64,000 nt of DNA from an uncultured delta proteobacterium (GTDB taxonomy: Bacteria; Desulfobacterota; Binatia; Binatales; Binataceae): NCBI GenBank assembly GCA_963711565.1, contig CAVQEQ010000003.1:1056001-1120000 (forward strand), given 5' to 3'. The first letter of the stretch is position 1; each line of letters begins with the position of its first letter. Positions 19,097 to 29,618 of the stretch are shown in pieces. The notes under the pieces are model-generated. The model was not told where the DNA came from. It was given only the letters and a program-made list of their open reading frames with translations, and did no database searches. The position numbers were made by a program, and so were the translations under genes.

Positions 19097-20716
19097 ATGC
19101 GCGCTGTGCAGGGACCCTCACCTTCATCCTCTCCCTTGCAGGGAGAGGGGAAAGAAGCTCGGTCAAGGCATAAACGCGGCAGAGTCTTTCTCGTGGGCGC
19201 GGGGCCCGGCGCTTCGGACCTGATCACGATTCGCGGCGCTGATGTCTTGAGCCGCGCCGACGTCGTTATCTACGACAATCTCGTCAGTCCCGAAATGATC
19301 CGGCTGGCGCCGCCGAAAGCGGAGCTGATCTACGCCGGCAAAAGGGGCGGCGCCGAAAAAAGTATCGAGCAACCCGAGTTGAACGCGATGCTGATCGCGC
19401 ACGCGCGCAAGGGGCGCGTCGTTGTGCGGCTCAAGGGCGGCGACCCGTTTATTTTCGGACGCGGCGGCGAGGAAGCGGAGGCGTTGGCGCGCGAGCGCGT
19501 CGAGTTCGAGGTGGTGCCAGGGGTCACGTCGGCGATTGCGGGCCCGGCGTTCGCGGGCGTTCCGCTGACGCATCGCGAGCACGGTTCGTTCGTCGCGTTC
19601 GTCACCGGCCATGAAGACGAGAGCAAGGGATCGAGCTCGGTGCCCTGGAACGAATTGGTCGCGGCGGCTCGTCACACTGGCACGATCGTGATCCTGATGG
19701 CGACGGCGCGGATGCGTGCGACGCTCGATCGAATCGGCGCGGCGGGACTTCCGGCGGAAACTCCGGCGGTCGCGGTGCAATGGGCGACGACTGCGGCGCA
19801 GGTGACTGTCAGCGCGACGCTGGCGACGCTTGCGGACGCGTTGACGCGCGAGGGAATCGGCGCGCCGGCGGTTATCGTCGTCGGAGAATGCGCGGGCCTG
19901 CGGGAACATCTGAAGTGGGTCGAGCGCACGCCGTTGTTCGGGCGCACTATCGTGGTCACTCGCGCGCGCGCGGCTGCGTCCGGGTTTGCGACGGCGCTGA
20001 GGCGGCTCGGCGCGGAGGTAGTGGAATTTCCGACGATCGAAACCGCGCCGCCCACAAGCTTCGTGGCGCTTGATCGCGCAATCAAACGCATCGGCACTTT
20101 CGACTGGATAATTTTCACGAGTGCGATGGGAGTCGAGAGTTTTGTAGAACGGCTGAAGTCGCGCGGATCCGACATTCGCGCGCTCGGGCATGCGTCGATT
20201 GCGGCGATCGGACCGGCGACTGCCGCGCGCCTGGCAGATTATGCGATTCGGGTCGCGGCGGTCCCGGACGAATATCGCGCGGAGGAAATTGTTTCCGCGA
20301 TCGGAATCAAGCGGATTCGCGACAAACGATTCCTGATTCCGCGCGCGGAAGTCGCACGCGAGGCGCTGCCCGAAATATTGCGCGACCAAGGCGCCAAAGA
20401 AGTCGTCGTCGCGCCTGCGTATCGAGCCGTCAAGCCGAAGGGCGGGCAGATAGCGCGGGTGCGCGAATTGATCGCATCGGGAAAGATCGACCTGGTGACG
20501 TTTACCAGTTCGAGCACGGTCACGAATTTCTGCGAACTGATCGGCACATCGGGGAAAGGAGTTAGAGCTGCGGCGATTGGGCCGATTACGGCGGCGACGG
20601 CTGAGGAGAGAGGATTCGAGGTGGTGGTTAGGCCGCGCACGTACACGATTGAGGCTCTCGCAGAGGCGATTCGCGAGTATTTCCTGTCCCCTCGCCCGTT
20701 GTCGGGAGAGGGTTAG
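19097..20716 (+). CDS. cobA: Uroporphyrinogen-III C-methyltransferase / uroporphyrinogen-III synthase fusion (CobA-HemD)
   Basis: LVGAGPG, RLKGGDPFIFGRGGEE, then HemD motifs IVVTRA, WIIFTS, FTSSSTV, IGPITA. Confidence 0.95.
   Translation: MRAVQGPSPSSSPLQGEGKEARSRHKRGRVFLVGAGPGASDLITIRGADVLSRADVVIYDNLVSPEMIRLAPPKAELIYAGKRGGAEKSIEQPELNAMLIAHARKGRVVVRLKGGDPFIFGRGGEEAEALARERVEFEVVPGVTSAIAGPAFAGVPLTHREHGSFVAFVTGHEDESKGSSSVPWNELVAAARHTGTIVILMATARMRATLDRIGAAGLPAETPAVAVQWATTAAQVTVSATLATLADALTREGIGAPAVIVVGECAGLREHLKWVERTPLFGRTIVVTRARAAASGFATALRRLGAEVVEFPTIETAPPTSFVALDRAIKRIGTFDWIIFTSAMGVESFVERLKSRGSDIRALGHASIAAIGPATAARLADYAIRVAAVPDEYRAEEIVSAIGIKRIRDKRFLIPRAEVAREALPEILRDQGAKEVVVAPAYRAVKPKGGQIARVRELIASGKIDLVTFTSSSTVTNFCELIGTSGKGVRAAAIGPITAATAEERGFEVVVRPRTYTIEALAEAIREYFLSPRPLSGEG
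19114..19150. repeat. REP-like element subfamily B (CCCTCACC...CCTCTCCC-N-GGGAGAGG) inside the 5' end of cobA-hemD
   Basis: ACCCTCACCTTCATCCTCTCCC-ttgca-GGGAGAGGGG. Confidence 0.8.
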
Positions 20717-20836
20717 GGTGAGGGACATTTTGCGGCGCGGTTATCTGTGGCGACGCACATCCAGAGTCTCCAGAAAATTTGGTCCCTCACCCGCCACTCG
20801 AAGACGAGTGTCGGCCTCTCCCCTCGTGGGGCGAGG
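20688..20836. repeat. Inverted pair of subfamily B REP-like elements (REPIN-like doublet) between the convergent hemD and hemB genes
   Basis: CCCCTCGCCCG-ttgt-CGGGAGAGGGTTAGGGTGAGGGAC, 55-bp spacer, GTCCCTCACCC...CCTCTCCCC-tcgt-GGGGCGAGG. Confidence 0.8.
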
Positions 20837-20854
20837 CAATTCGGAGCCGCGCTC

Positions 20855-21847
20855 TTATCCGCGCAATTTGCGCGCAACGTCTTTCGCGAAATAGGTCAGG
20901 ATCAAATCGGCGCCCGCGCGCTTGATCAACGTCAGGACTTCCATGGTGGCGCCCTCTTCGTCGATCCATCCGTTGATGCCGGCTGCGCGGATCATCGAGT
21001 ACTCGCCCGAGACGTTGTAGGCCGCTACCGGCGCGTTGAATTCCTGCTTCACGCGCAAGATTAGATCGAGATACGGGAGCGCCGGCTTGACCATCACGAT
21101 GTCCGCGCCTTCTTCGAGGTCGAGTGCCACTTCGCGCATCGCCTCGTCGCCATTGGGCGGATCCATTTGATATGAGCGGCGATCGCCGAATTTTGGCGCG
21201 GACTCGGCGGCTTCGCGGAATGGGCCATAAAATGCGGACGCGAACTTGGCCGAGTATGCCATGATCGCGACGTGGCTGAAGCCGTTGCCGTCGAGCGCCG
21301 AGCGAATCGCGCCGACCCGCCCGTCCATCATGTCCGACGGCGCGACGATATCGGCGCCGGCGCGCGCGTGCGACAGCGCCGAGCGCGTCAGCAGTTCGAG
21401 CGTCGCGTCGTTATCAACGTCGTTGCCCGCGAGCGCGCCGCAATGCCCGTGGTCGGTGTACTCGCACATGCAGACGTCGGTGATCACGGCGAGTCCGGGC
21501 ACGCGTTCCTTGATCTCGCGAATTGCGCGCTGCACTTCGCCGTCGTCGTTCCATGCCTCACTGCCCGTCGCGTCCTTGCGTTCGGGGATTCCAAACAGGA
21601 TGACGGCGGGGACGCCGGCCGCCCAGGTCTCGCGCGCTTCCGCGACTACATTGTCCACCGACATTTGCGCCACACCGGGCATCGACGCGACCGCTTTCTT
21701 CACGCCGCGTCCCGCGCAGACGAACATCGGGAGGATCAGGTCGTCGGGCGACAGGCGGGTCTCGCGGACCATGCGGCGGATTGTTTCGGTGCGTCGCAGG
21801 CGGCGCGGGCGATTGATTGGGAAGGGCATAAAATTGACGGCAGCCAT
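20855..21847 (-). CDS. hemB: Porphobilinogen synthase (ALA dehydratase); start may be ATG 21829
   Basis: [39 protein letters not shown]. Confidence 0.97.
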   Translation of the reverse strand: MAAVNFMPFPINRPRRLRRTETIRRMVRETRLSPDDLILPMFVCAGRGVKKAVASMPGVAQMSVDNVVAEARETWAAGVPAVILFGIPERKDATGSEAWNDDGEVQRAIREIKERVPGLAVITDVCMCEYTDHGHCGALAGNDVDNDATLELLTRSALSHARAGADIVAPSDMMDGRVGAIRSALDGNGFSHVAIMAYSAKFASAFYGPFREAAESAPKFGDRRSYQMDPPNGDEAMREVALDLEEGADIVMVKPALPYLDLILRVKQEFNAPVAAYNVSGEYSMIRAAGINGWIDEEGATMEVLTLIKRAGADLILTYFAKDVARKLRG

Positions 21848-21858
21848 TATATAGGAGG

Positions 21859-21906
21859 TAGGAACCTAACCCCTAACCCCTTCCCTCGAGGGAAGGGGAA
21901 CCGGAT
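21859..21906. repeat. REP-like element subfamily A
   Basis: TAGGAACCTAACCCCTAACCCCTTCCC-tcga-GGGAAGGGGAACCGGAT. Confidence 0.9.
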
Positions 21907-21921
21907 GTCGGAGAAACGCGG

Positions 21922-22689
21922 CTAGGTTTGGCGGTTGGGTTTGATGTGCGTCTCGTAGTATGGGCGCATCGAGCGTAGCGCGCGCATCTGATGGTAGGCG
22001 AGTTCGTCGTCGGGATAGCGATGCTGGGGGCCGAGGACGCATCCCGCGCGCGCGTGGCATCGCGGAGTGCAGTCGAGCTCGACTTCAACGCGATGGGTCA
22101 GGCACTTCGGAATGTCCCATCCCGATTCGACGCTTACCGCGCCTGCCGGGCACGCGGGGATGCAGGTGCGCGCCGTGCATCGGGGACATGGGTCGAAGCC
22201 GAGTGCGTCGCCCGGGGAATCGAGCTGTTCGTCGAGCAGGAGCGCGGCGCGAAATGCGATCCACGGTCCATATACAGGATGCACCGTCACGCCGAGGATG
22301 CTTGGGCCGGCGATGCCCGCGATTTTGCCGAGCTCGATGAAGCTGAGCGTGGCGCTGCTGCTCATGAACGGGTAAACGGTGGTGCATCGAGCGCCCGAGG
22401 CGCGAATCGGTGCGGCGATGTCGCGCTCGACAACCTCGCGAGTGAAGTCGTCGAGCGGATTGTCGCGATTCCACCATCCGGGATGGCCGGCCGCGTGAGC
22501 CTTGAGCGCCGCCCACAGCGCGCCGCCGCCGTTGCCGATTACGACGATCGAGCGCGCATCGGGATCGATCGGCGCCGCGCGCGAAATCTCCTTGACCGTA
22601 GCGTCGTAGCGGACGACGGTAGTCGCCGCCACCAGGTTCAATCCATGCGGCAAAGCGGCGCGGCAGATCTTATCGAGCGTCGATGACAC
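21922..22689 (-). CDS. QueG/CblC(MMACHC)-like protein with C-terminal Fe-S cysteine clusters
   Basis: HPVYGPWIAFRAA motif; CPRCTARTCIPACP and C...CTPRCHARAGC cysteine sets. Confidence 0.6.
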   Translation of the reverse strand: MSSTLDKICRAALPHGLNLVAATTVVRYDATVKEISRAAPIDPDARSIVVIGNGGGALWAALKAHAAGHPGWWNRDNPLDDFTREVVERDIAAPIRASGARCTTVYPFMSSSATLSFIELGKIAGIAGPSILGVTVHPVYGPWIAFRAALLLDEQLDSPGDALGFDPCPRCTARTCIPACPAGAVSVESGWDIPKCLTHRVEVELDCTPRCHARAGCVLGPQHRYPDDELAYHQMRALRSMRPYYETHIKPNRQT

Positions 22690-22698
22690 TTGAAGTTC

Positions 22699-24048
22699 TC
22701 AGGGCGGCGGCACGAGCGAGAAGATTGCGCCGTCGCCGCATTGCCCGCCTGTTTCGGTCATCCCGTAGAGCGTGTTGTCGAGCAGGATGACGTTGTCGAT
22801 CGGGTTGGCGGCGTCGTCGCCGCCTTGAAAGTCGTAGATTCGGTCGTAGTTGTCGCCGGTCGTGTCGATTTGAAAGACGGTGCCAAAGCCCTGGCTGCCG
22901 CCCAACTGGGTCATGCCATAAAGAGTGGTGCCGTTGAGCATCAACGAGCCGTAGGGATTAATCCCGTCGTTGGTGCCAGGCTTGCCGAAGCTCTGCAGAA
23001 TCTTGAAGTGCGACCCGTCGGTATGGATCGAAAAAAGCGCGCCGTTCCCGAAGGCGCCGCCGTAGGTCGTCAAGCCGAATAGCGTCGAGTTGTTTTGCAC
23101 CAGCGTGCCGTGGTCGGGAGTGGCGCCATCGCTGGAGTCGATGCACATCGGCGTGCTGTGGCCGGGACACGCGAAATTGTGGAGGACCTTGTATTTGTAT
23201 TTGCAACTCACAGCGCTGCATTTCGCGGAGAACGAGAAGATGACGCCAACGTCATGCGCGCCGCCGGCGCGCGTCATGCCATAGAACGTGGTGCCGTTGG
23301 GATCGAGAATGAGCTGGCCGTGCGGGTCGGCGCCCTGCTTGCCCGTGAAGGAGTATAGCCGGCTGTAGGTGTTGCTGGAGGTGTCGAACGAGAAGATTGC
23401 GCCGTCGCCGGTCGTGCCGCCTTTCTTGCCGCCTTCAGACGTCATGCCGTAGAGCACGCTGCCGACGGCGACGAAGCTACTGGTCGGCTGATCGCCGGCG
23501 TTGTTCTTGGCGGTCTTGGCGAAGTCGTAGAGCGGCGGCGACGAGTAGCCGGTGCCGTCGTCGTTGATGCTGAAAATGGTGCCGTTGCTATTTTGGCCGC
23601 CGGTGAGCGTGGTGCCGTAAAGGACGGTGCCAACGAGCGTCATCGCGTTGGTCCGCGGATCGTTGCCGTCGGTCTTCGCGCCGGTGAAATAGTGATCGAC
23701 CACGTAGTCGGATCCGTCGGGCATGATCTGGAACACCGTGCCGTCGCCGTTGCCCTCCGAGGTGGTCGTTAACGTGGTGCCGAAGAGCAGCCCCGTCGCG
23801 GCGACGTAGGTCAGCGAGCCGAAGGGCGCGGCGCCGTCTCCGATTTTGCATTTGCCGGCGGTGGGTCCGGCGCCAAAGGAATAGAGCACAGTCTCGGTCC
23901 CGGTCGGCATCGCCTCGGGGACAGCATTGCCGGCGCGCGCCGCCGGAGCCAGCGTGAGAGACAGCGCGGCGGCGAGAATCGCGACCGCGGCGAAGATCGA
24001 TTTACGATTGAATCGAATGCGGGAAAACATATGCCACATCCTCACCAC
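22699..24048 (-). CDS. Secreted tandem-repeat beta-propeller protein (GloVer-type choice-of-anchor repeats)
   Basis: Signal peptide; about 7 repeats of DGxxP.G.L...LYGMT..GG...G.IF. Confidence 0.8.
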   Translation of the reverse strand: MVRMWHMFSRIRFNRKSIFAAVAILAAALSLTLAPAARAGNAVPEAMPTGTETVLYSFGAGPTAGKCKIGDGAAPFGSLTYVAATGLLFGTTLTTTSEGNGDGTVFQIMPDGSDYVVDHYFTGAKTDGNDPRTNAMTLVGTVLYGTTLTGGQNSNGTIFSINDDGTGYSSPPLYDFAKTAKNNAGDQPTSSFVAVGSVLYGMTSEGGKKGGTTGDGAIFSFDTSSNTYSRLYSFTGKQGADPHGQLILDPNGTTFYGMTRAGGAHDVGVIFSFSAKCSAVSCKYKYKVLHNFACPGHSTPMCIDSSDGATPDHGTLVQNNSTLFGLTTYGGAFGNGALFSIHTDGSHFKILQSFGKPGTNDGINPYGSLMLNGTTLYGMTQLGGSQGFGTVFQIDTTGDNYDRIYDFQGGDDAANPIDNVILLDNTLYGMTETGGQCGDGAIFSLVPPP

Positions 24049-24109
24049 CTTTCTCGTGAATACGGCCCGCGTTCCATTGTAAGCGAGCCGATCGAAGTAA
24101 GCGATCCTC

Positions 24110-24520
24110 TCAGGCGATTTTGTAGGTTACCAGCGCGTCGGCGATGAGCGCGTCGGACGCGTTGACGATCTCGACGGCGAGGCTGGCGATGCGCTTGCCG
24201 GTGCGCTTCACTCGGGCGCGGGCAATGACGTCGGAATTCACCGCGAAGCCCGTGTAGTTCACGGTGATCGAGATGGTTGCGGTGCGCGTCGTCGCGGCGA
24301 GGCTCCATACCGCGGCGCATGCTGCCACGTCGGCGAGCGCGGCGATCGCGCCGCCGTGAATGGGCGCGGCGGGTCCGCCCTCATTGAGAATGCGCAGGTC
24401 AAAGGGCATCCGCACCGTCGCGGCGCCGTCGGCGGCGGATTCGATCTTGAGCCCGAGCAGCGCGGAGAACGGCGCCCGTTCCAGCAGTTGGATAAAGTGG
24501 CTTCGATCCTGAGCGGCCAT
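24110..24520 (-). CDS. PaaI family thioesterase
   Basis: PFSALLG, IHGGAIAALAD hotdog-fold motif. Confidence 0.9.
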   Translation of the reverse strand: MAAQDRSHFIQLLERAPFSALLGLKIESAADGAATVRMPFDLRILNEGGPAAPIHGGAIAALADVAACAAVWSLAATTRTATISITVNYTGFAVNSDVIARARVKRTGKRIASLAVEIVNASDALIADALVTYKIA

Positions 24521-24999
24521 TTAATTTCTCCGTCGCGAATTCGAGGCGCCGAGCTTGAGCGCAAGCGCGACCGCTGCGGCGGGAGTCTCGGCGCGATGCA
24601 GGCCGTCGATTTCGGGCCACGAATCGAGCGCGACGATTGGCTTGCCGAATTTTTGGCGAAGCCGATCTCGGCCAGCGTGCCGCCCTCGCCGGCCAGCGCG
24701 ATTACCGCGTCGGCGCTGGCGACAATAACCGCATTGCGCGCTTCGCCGATACCGGTCGCAATCGCGAATTCAATATGCGGGTTTGCCGCGCGCCGGTCGT
24801 AGCCCGGCAGAATTCCAATCGTATGCCCACCCGTTTTGCGCGCGCCGGCCGCCGCAGATTCCATCACGCCCGTGCGCCCGCCGTTGATCAACACGGCGCC
24901 GCGGCGAGCGATCTCGCGACCGACCGCCTCCGCAAGCTTGCACACGGCGCGCGGCGCGTCACCAGCACCGATGACCGCTACCACTTGCTGCCGTTTCAT
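24521..24999 (-). pseudogene. TIGR00725 / LOG-like Rossmann-fold protein with a 1-bp frameshift at 24650-24654
   Basis: GGRTGVME, GEARNAVIV, GGTLAEIGFA; adding one A restores KKFGKPIVAL...AVALAL and a TAA directly abutting the PaaI ATG. Confidence 0.8.
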
Positions 25000-25026
25000 T
25001 TTTCTGTGAAACCGCCTTGGGCAGAG

Positions 25027-25854
25027 TTAGTCTTGCAAGCCGAGGGCGGCGGGGAGTTCGGCGAGATCGGAAATGATGATGTCGGGCGCCGGGATGCCCG
25101 GGGGGAGTTCTGGAAGGGGCGCTGATCGGCGGCGCGATCGGGTACTTCCTGGCGCCGTTCCTTCGGGCATTTCGCGGCCGAGCCGGCGTATCCATGCCGA
25201 ATGCATCCCGACGCCCTTGCTGCCGAGGACGTCGTCGAGCGGAGTGTCGCCGACGAACAGGATGTCGGCAGGCTCCAGCTTCATCATTTCGAGAATTTTC
25301 TTGAAGATGAGCGGATTGGGTTTTCGATAGCCGGTGTCGGCCGAAATGATCACGGCGTCGAAGAGCTCGCGGATACCGGTGTCGTACATGATTTGGTGGC
25401 CGGTCTCGGAATCGTCGAAGTTCGAGATCAGGCCAACGCGCAAGTGCTTGGCGATTTTTTTCATCGCCTCGATTCGCGCGGGCGGCGCCTTGGTCACCTC
25501 GCGCACGCGCGCCATGTGGATGCGCCGGAGATTCTCGGCGAGCGGCGCGGCCTGGGTTTCATCGACGTCGAGGATCTTGAGCGTGCGCGCGAAGCGCTCG
25601 AGGCAGATGATCTCGATCGCGTCGGGCTTCGATCGCTCCGCGAATATTTCGGCGTAAACCGCCGCGTGCGCTTCGGAGAATTTTTCGCGGTCGAAGCGCC
25701 CTCCCAGTGCGGATTCCAGCGCACCGTATAGCAGCGGTGTCGTGCTGCGAATTTCGCGCCCGCGGAATTGCATCAGCGGCAGTGCGTCGGGATTCCAGGT
25801 GACGAGCGTGTCGAACAGATCGATCACGACGGCCTTGTAACGATGCTCAGCCAC
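25027..25854 (-). CDS. HAD superfamily hydrolase
   Basis: DLFDTL, LISNFD, RKPNP, FVGDTPLDDVLG. Confidence 0.9.
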   Translation of the reverse strand: MAEHRYKAVVIDLFDTLVTWNPDALPLMQFRGREIRSTTPLLYGALESALGGRFDREKFSEAHAAVYAEIFAERSKPDAIEIICLERFARTLKILDVDETQAAPLAENLRRIHMARVREVTKAPPARIEAMKKIAKHLRVGLISNFDDSETGHQIMYDTGIRELFDAVIISADTGYRKPNPLIFKKILEMMKLEPADILFVGDTPLDDVLGSKGVGMHSAWIRRLGREMPEGTAPGSTRSRRRSAPLPELPPGIPAPDIIISDLAELPAALGLQD

Positions 25855-26317
25855 GCGGCGTCAGCGCTCCAGCGGTGCCGGCGATGGCGGCAAGGTTCAA
25901 CAGCAGCACCGCGCTGTTGAGAATCACCGAATTGCGATGCAGGTTGTCGAACTCAGCTTTCCTGACGGGGTCCGGATTCGCGTCTTCGGTGACGGCGCGC
26001 AGCGCGTCGGCGCGCGGCAGAATGACAGTGCCGGCGTAGAAGGTGATTCCCAGCGCGATCGCGATCGCGACCGTCGTACCGAGCCACCATATCCGCGGCC
26101 CGCGCACCGCCGTGAAGTAGATCGCGAGCACCAAGCTGAGCGTCCCCACGATGTACCCGAGCATGTAGTAGCGCGGGAAGATCGTGCTGATCAGTTGCCC
26201 GGCCTCGTGGCGCTGCAGGACCGTGAACACTGCCGGTGCGGTAAAGAATGAGAAGAATACAATACCGCCGAGCCAGCATCCCAGTGCGGCGAGGTAGATC
26301 GTCAAAGCTATGATCAT
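25847..26317 (-). CDS. DUF4149 / TMEM205-like membrane protein
   Basis: WLGGIVFFSFFTAPAVF, IFPRYY, FDNLHRNS. Confidence 0.8.
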   Translation of the reverse strand: MIIALTIYLAALGCWLGGIVFFSFFTAPAVFTVLQRHEAGQLISTIFPRYYMLGYIVGTLSLVLAIYFTAVRGPRIWWLGTTVAIAIALGITFYAGTVILPRADALRAVTEDANPDPVRKAEFDNLHRNSVILNSAVLLLNLAAIAGTAGALTPRG

Positions 26318-26349
26318 TTTTTTTCAGTGACCCCGGACTGGCGTCGCCA

Positions 26350-26775
26350 TCAGTTAAGCCATCGGTTGGGCGCGCCGGGCAGCGGCTGGCGCTCGGAGAA
26401 TCCGCTGTCGACGCTATGCCATGCAACGACGCGCGACTCGCCGAACTGCCAGCATAGAAAAACGATTTCGTCCCCCGCATCGTACGGAAAATCGATCAGG
26501 CCGAGGTCGATGTCCTTGAGGATGCATCCGAAGGATTCGATTTGCGCGGCGGCGTCGGCCATGTTGGTGGCGAACGATCGCAACTCGGGATAGCGCCCGA
26601 CGATCTCGCTCATCGCCGAGTGCAGAATCGAGGGATCGGCGACCGACAACTCGTCGATTCGCGAGCGCAACAACGTCGCCTGCATCTGCAGCTGGCGCAT
26701 CAAAATATCCAGCCGCGGAATCAGCTCGTTGGCTTCTTCCTCGCTGAACAACTTATCAAATCCAATATTAGGCAA
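26350..26775 (-). CDS. DUF2203 family protein
   Basis: FSEEEANELIP, KDIDLGLIDFP, LCWQFGE, WH...GFSERQP. Confidence 0.85.
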   Translation of the reverse strand: MPNIGFDKLFSEEEANELIPRLDILMRQLQMQATLLRSRIDELSVADPSILHSAMSEIVGRYPELRSFATNMADAAAQIESFGCILKDIDLGLIDFPYDAGDEIVFLCWQFGESRVVAWHSVDSGFSERQPLPGAPNRWLN

Positions 26776-26922
26776 TGTTTTTCCGTCAGTAGCGCGCGCC
26801 GGTCGCCATGATTACGTTCTTGGTAAGCGGTAACCTTGTCCGCGCCACCACCTTATATTACGGTGAAATTTGGGTTGCGTGGAAGGCGTGGCGGGGTTTC
26901 CCCCAAGAGGTTCGATTGACCT

Positions 26923-29367
<2,445 letters not shown>

Positions 29368-29386
29368 GGAAGAACTACATCTAACT

Positions 29387-29457
29387 TGAAACCCACCGTG
29401 GGTTTCACGCTTCCCTGGGCAGGGGTGACCTCCTTCGGCGTCGCTCAGGACAGGCTC
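29387..29457. repeat. Two further short repeat-like motifs after lon
   Basis: TGAAACCC-accgt-GGGTTTCA palindrome and CCTTCGGCGTCGCTCAGGACAGGCT. Confidence 0.45.
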
Positions 29458-29499
29458 TGCACCCAGTATCTCGAAAGTACGACGGGACGCGTTCCCACA

Positions 29500-29547
29500 A
29501 TCCGGTTCCCCTTCCCGCGCGGGAAGGGGTTAGGGGTTAGGTTCCTA
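29500..29547. repeat. REP-like element subfamily A (reverse orientation)
   Basis: ATCCGGTTCCCCTTCCC-gcgc-GGGAAGGGGTTAGGGGTTAGGTTCCTA. Confidence 0.9.
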
Positions 29548-29618
29548 TGCAGCATCAATGGCCCTGTATATCGCTTGACATATGTTGATTGATGCGGTTT
29601 AGATTGAAATCGAGGAAC

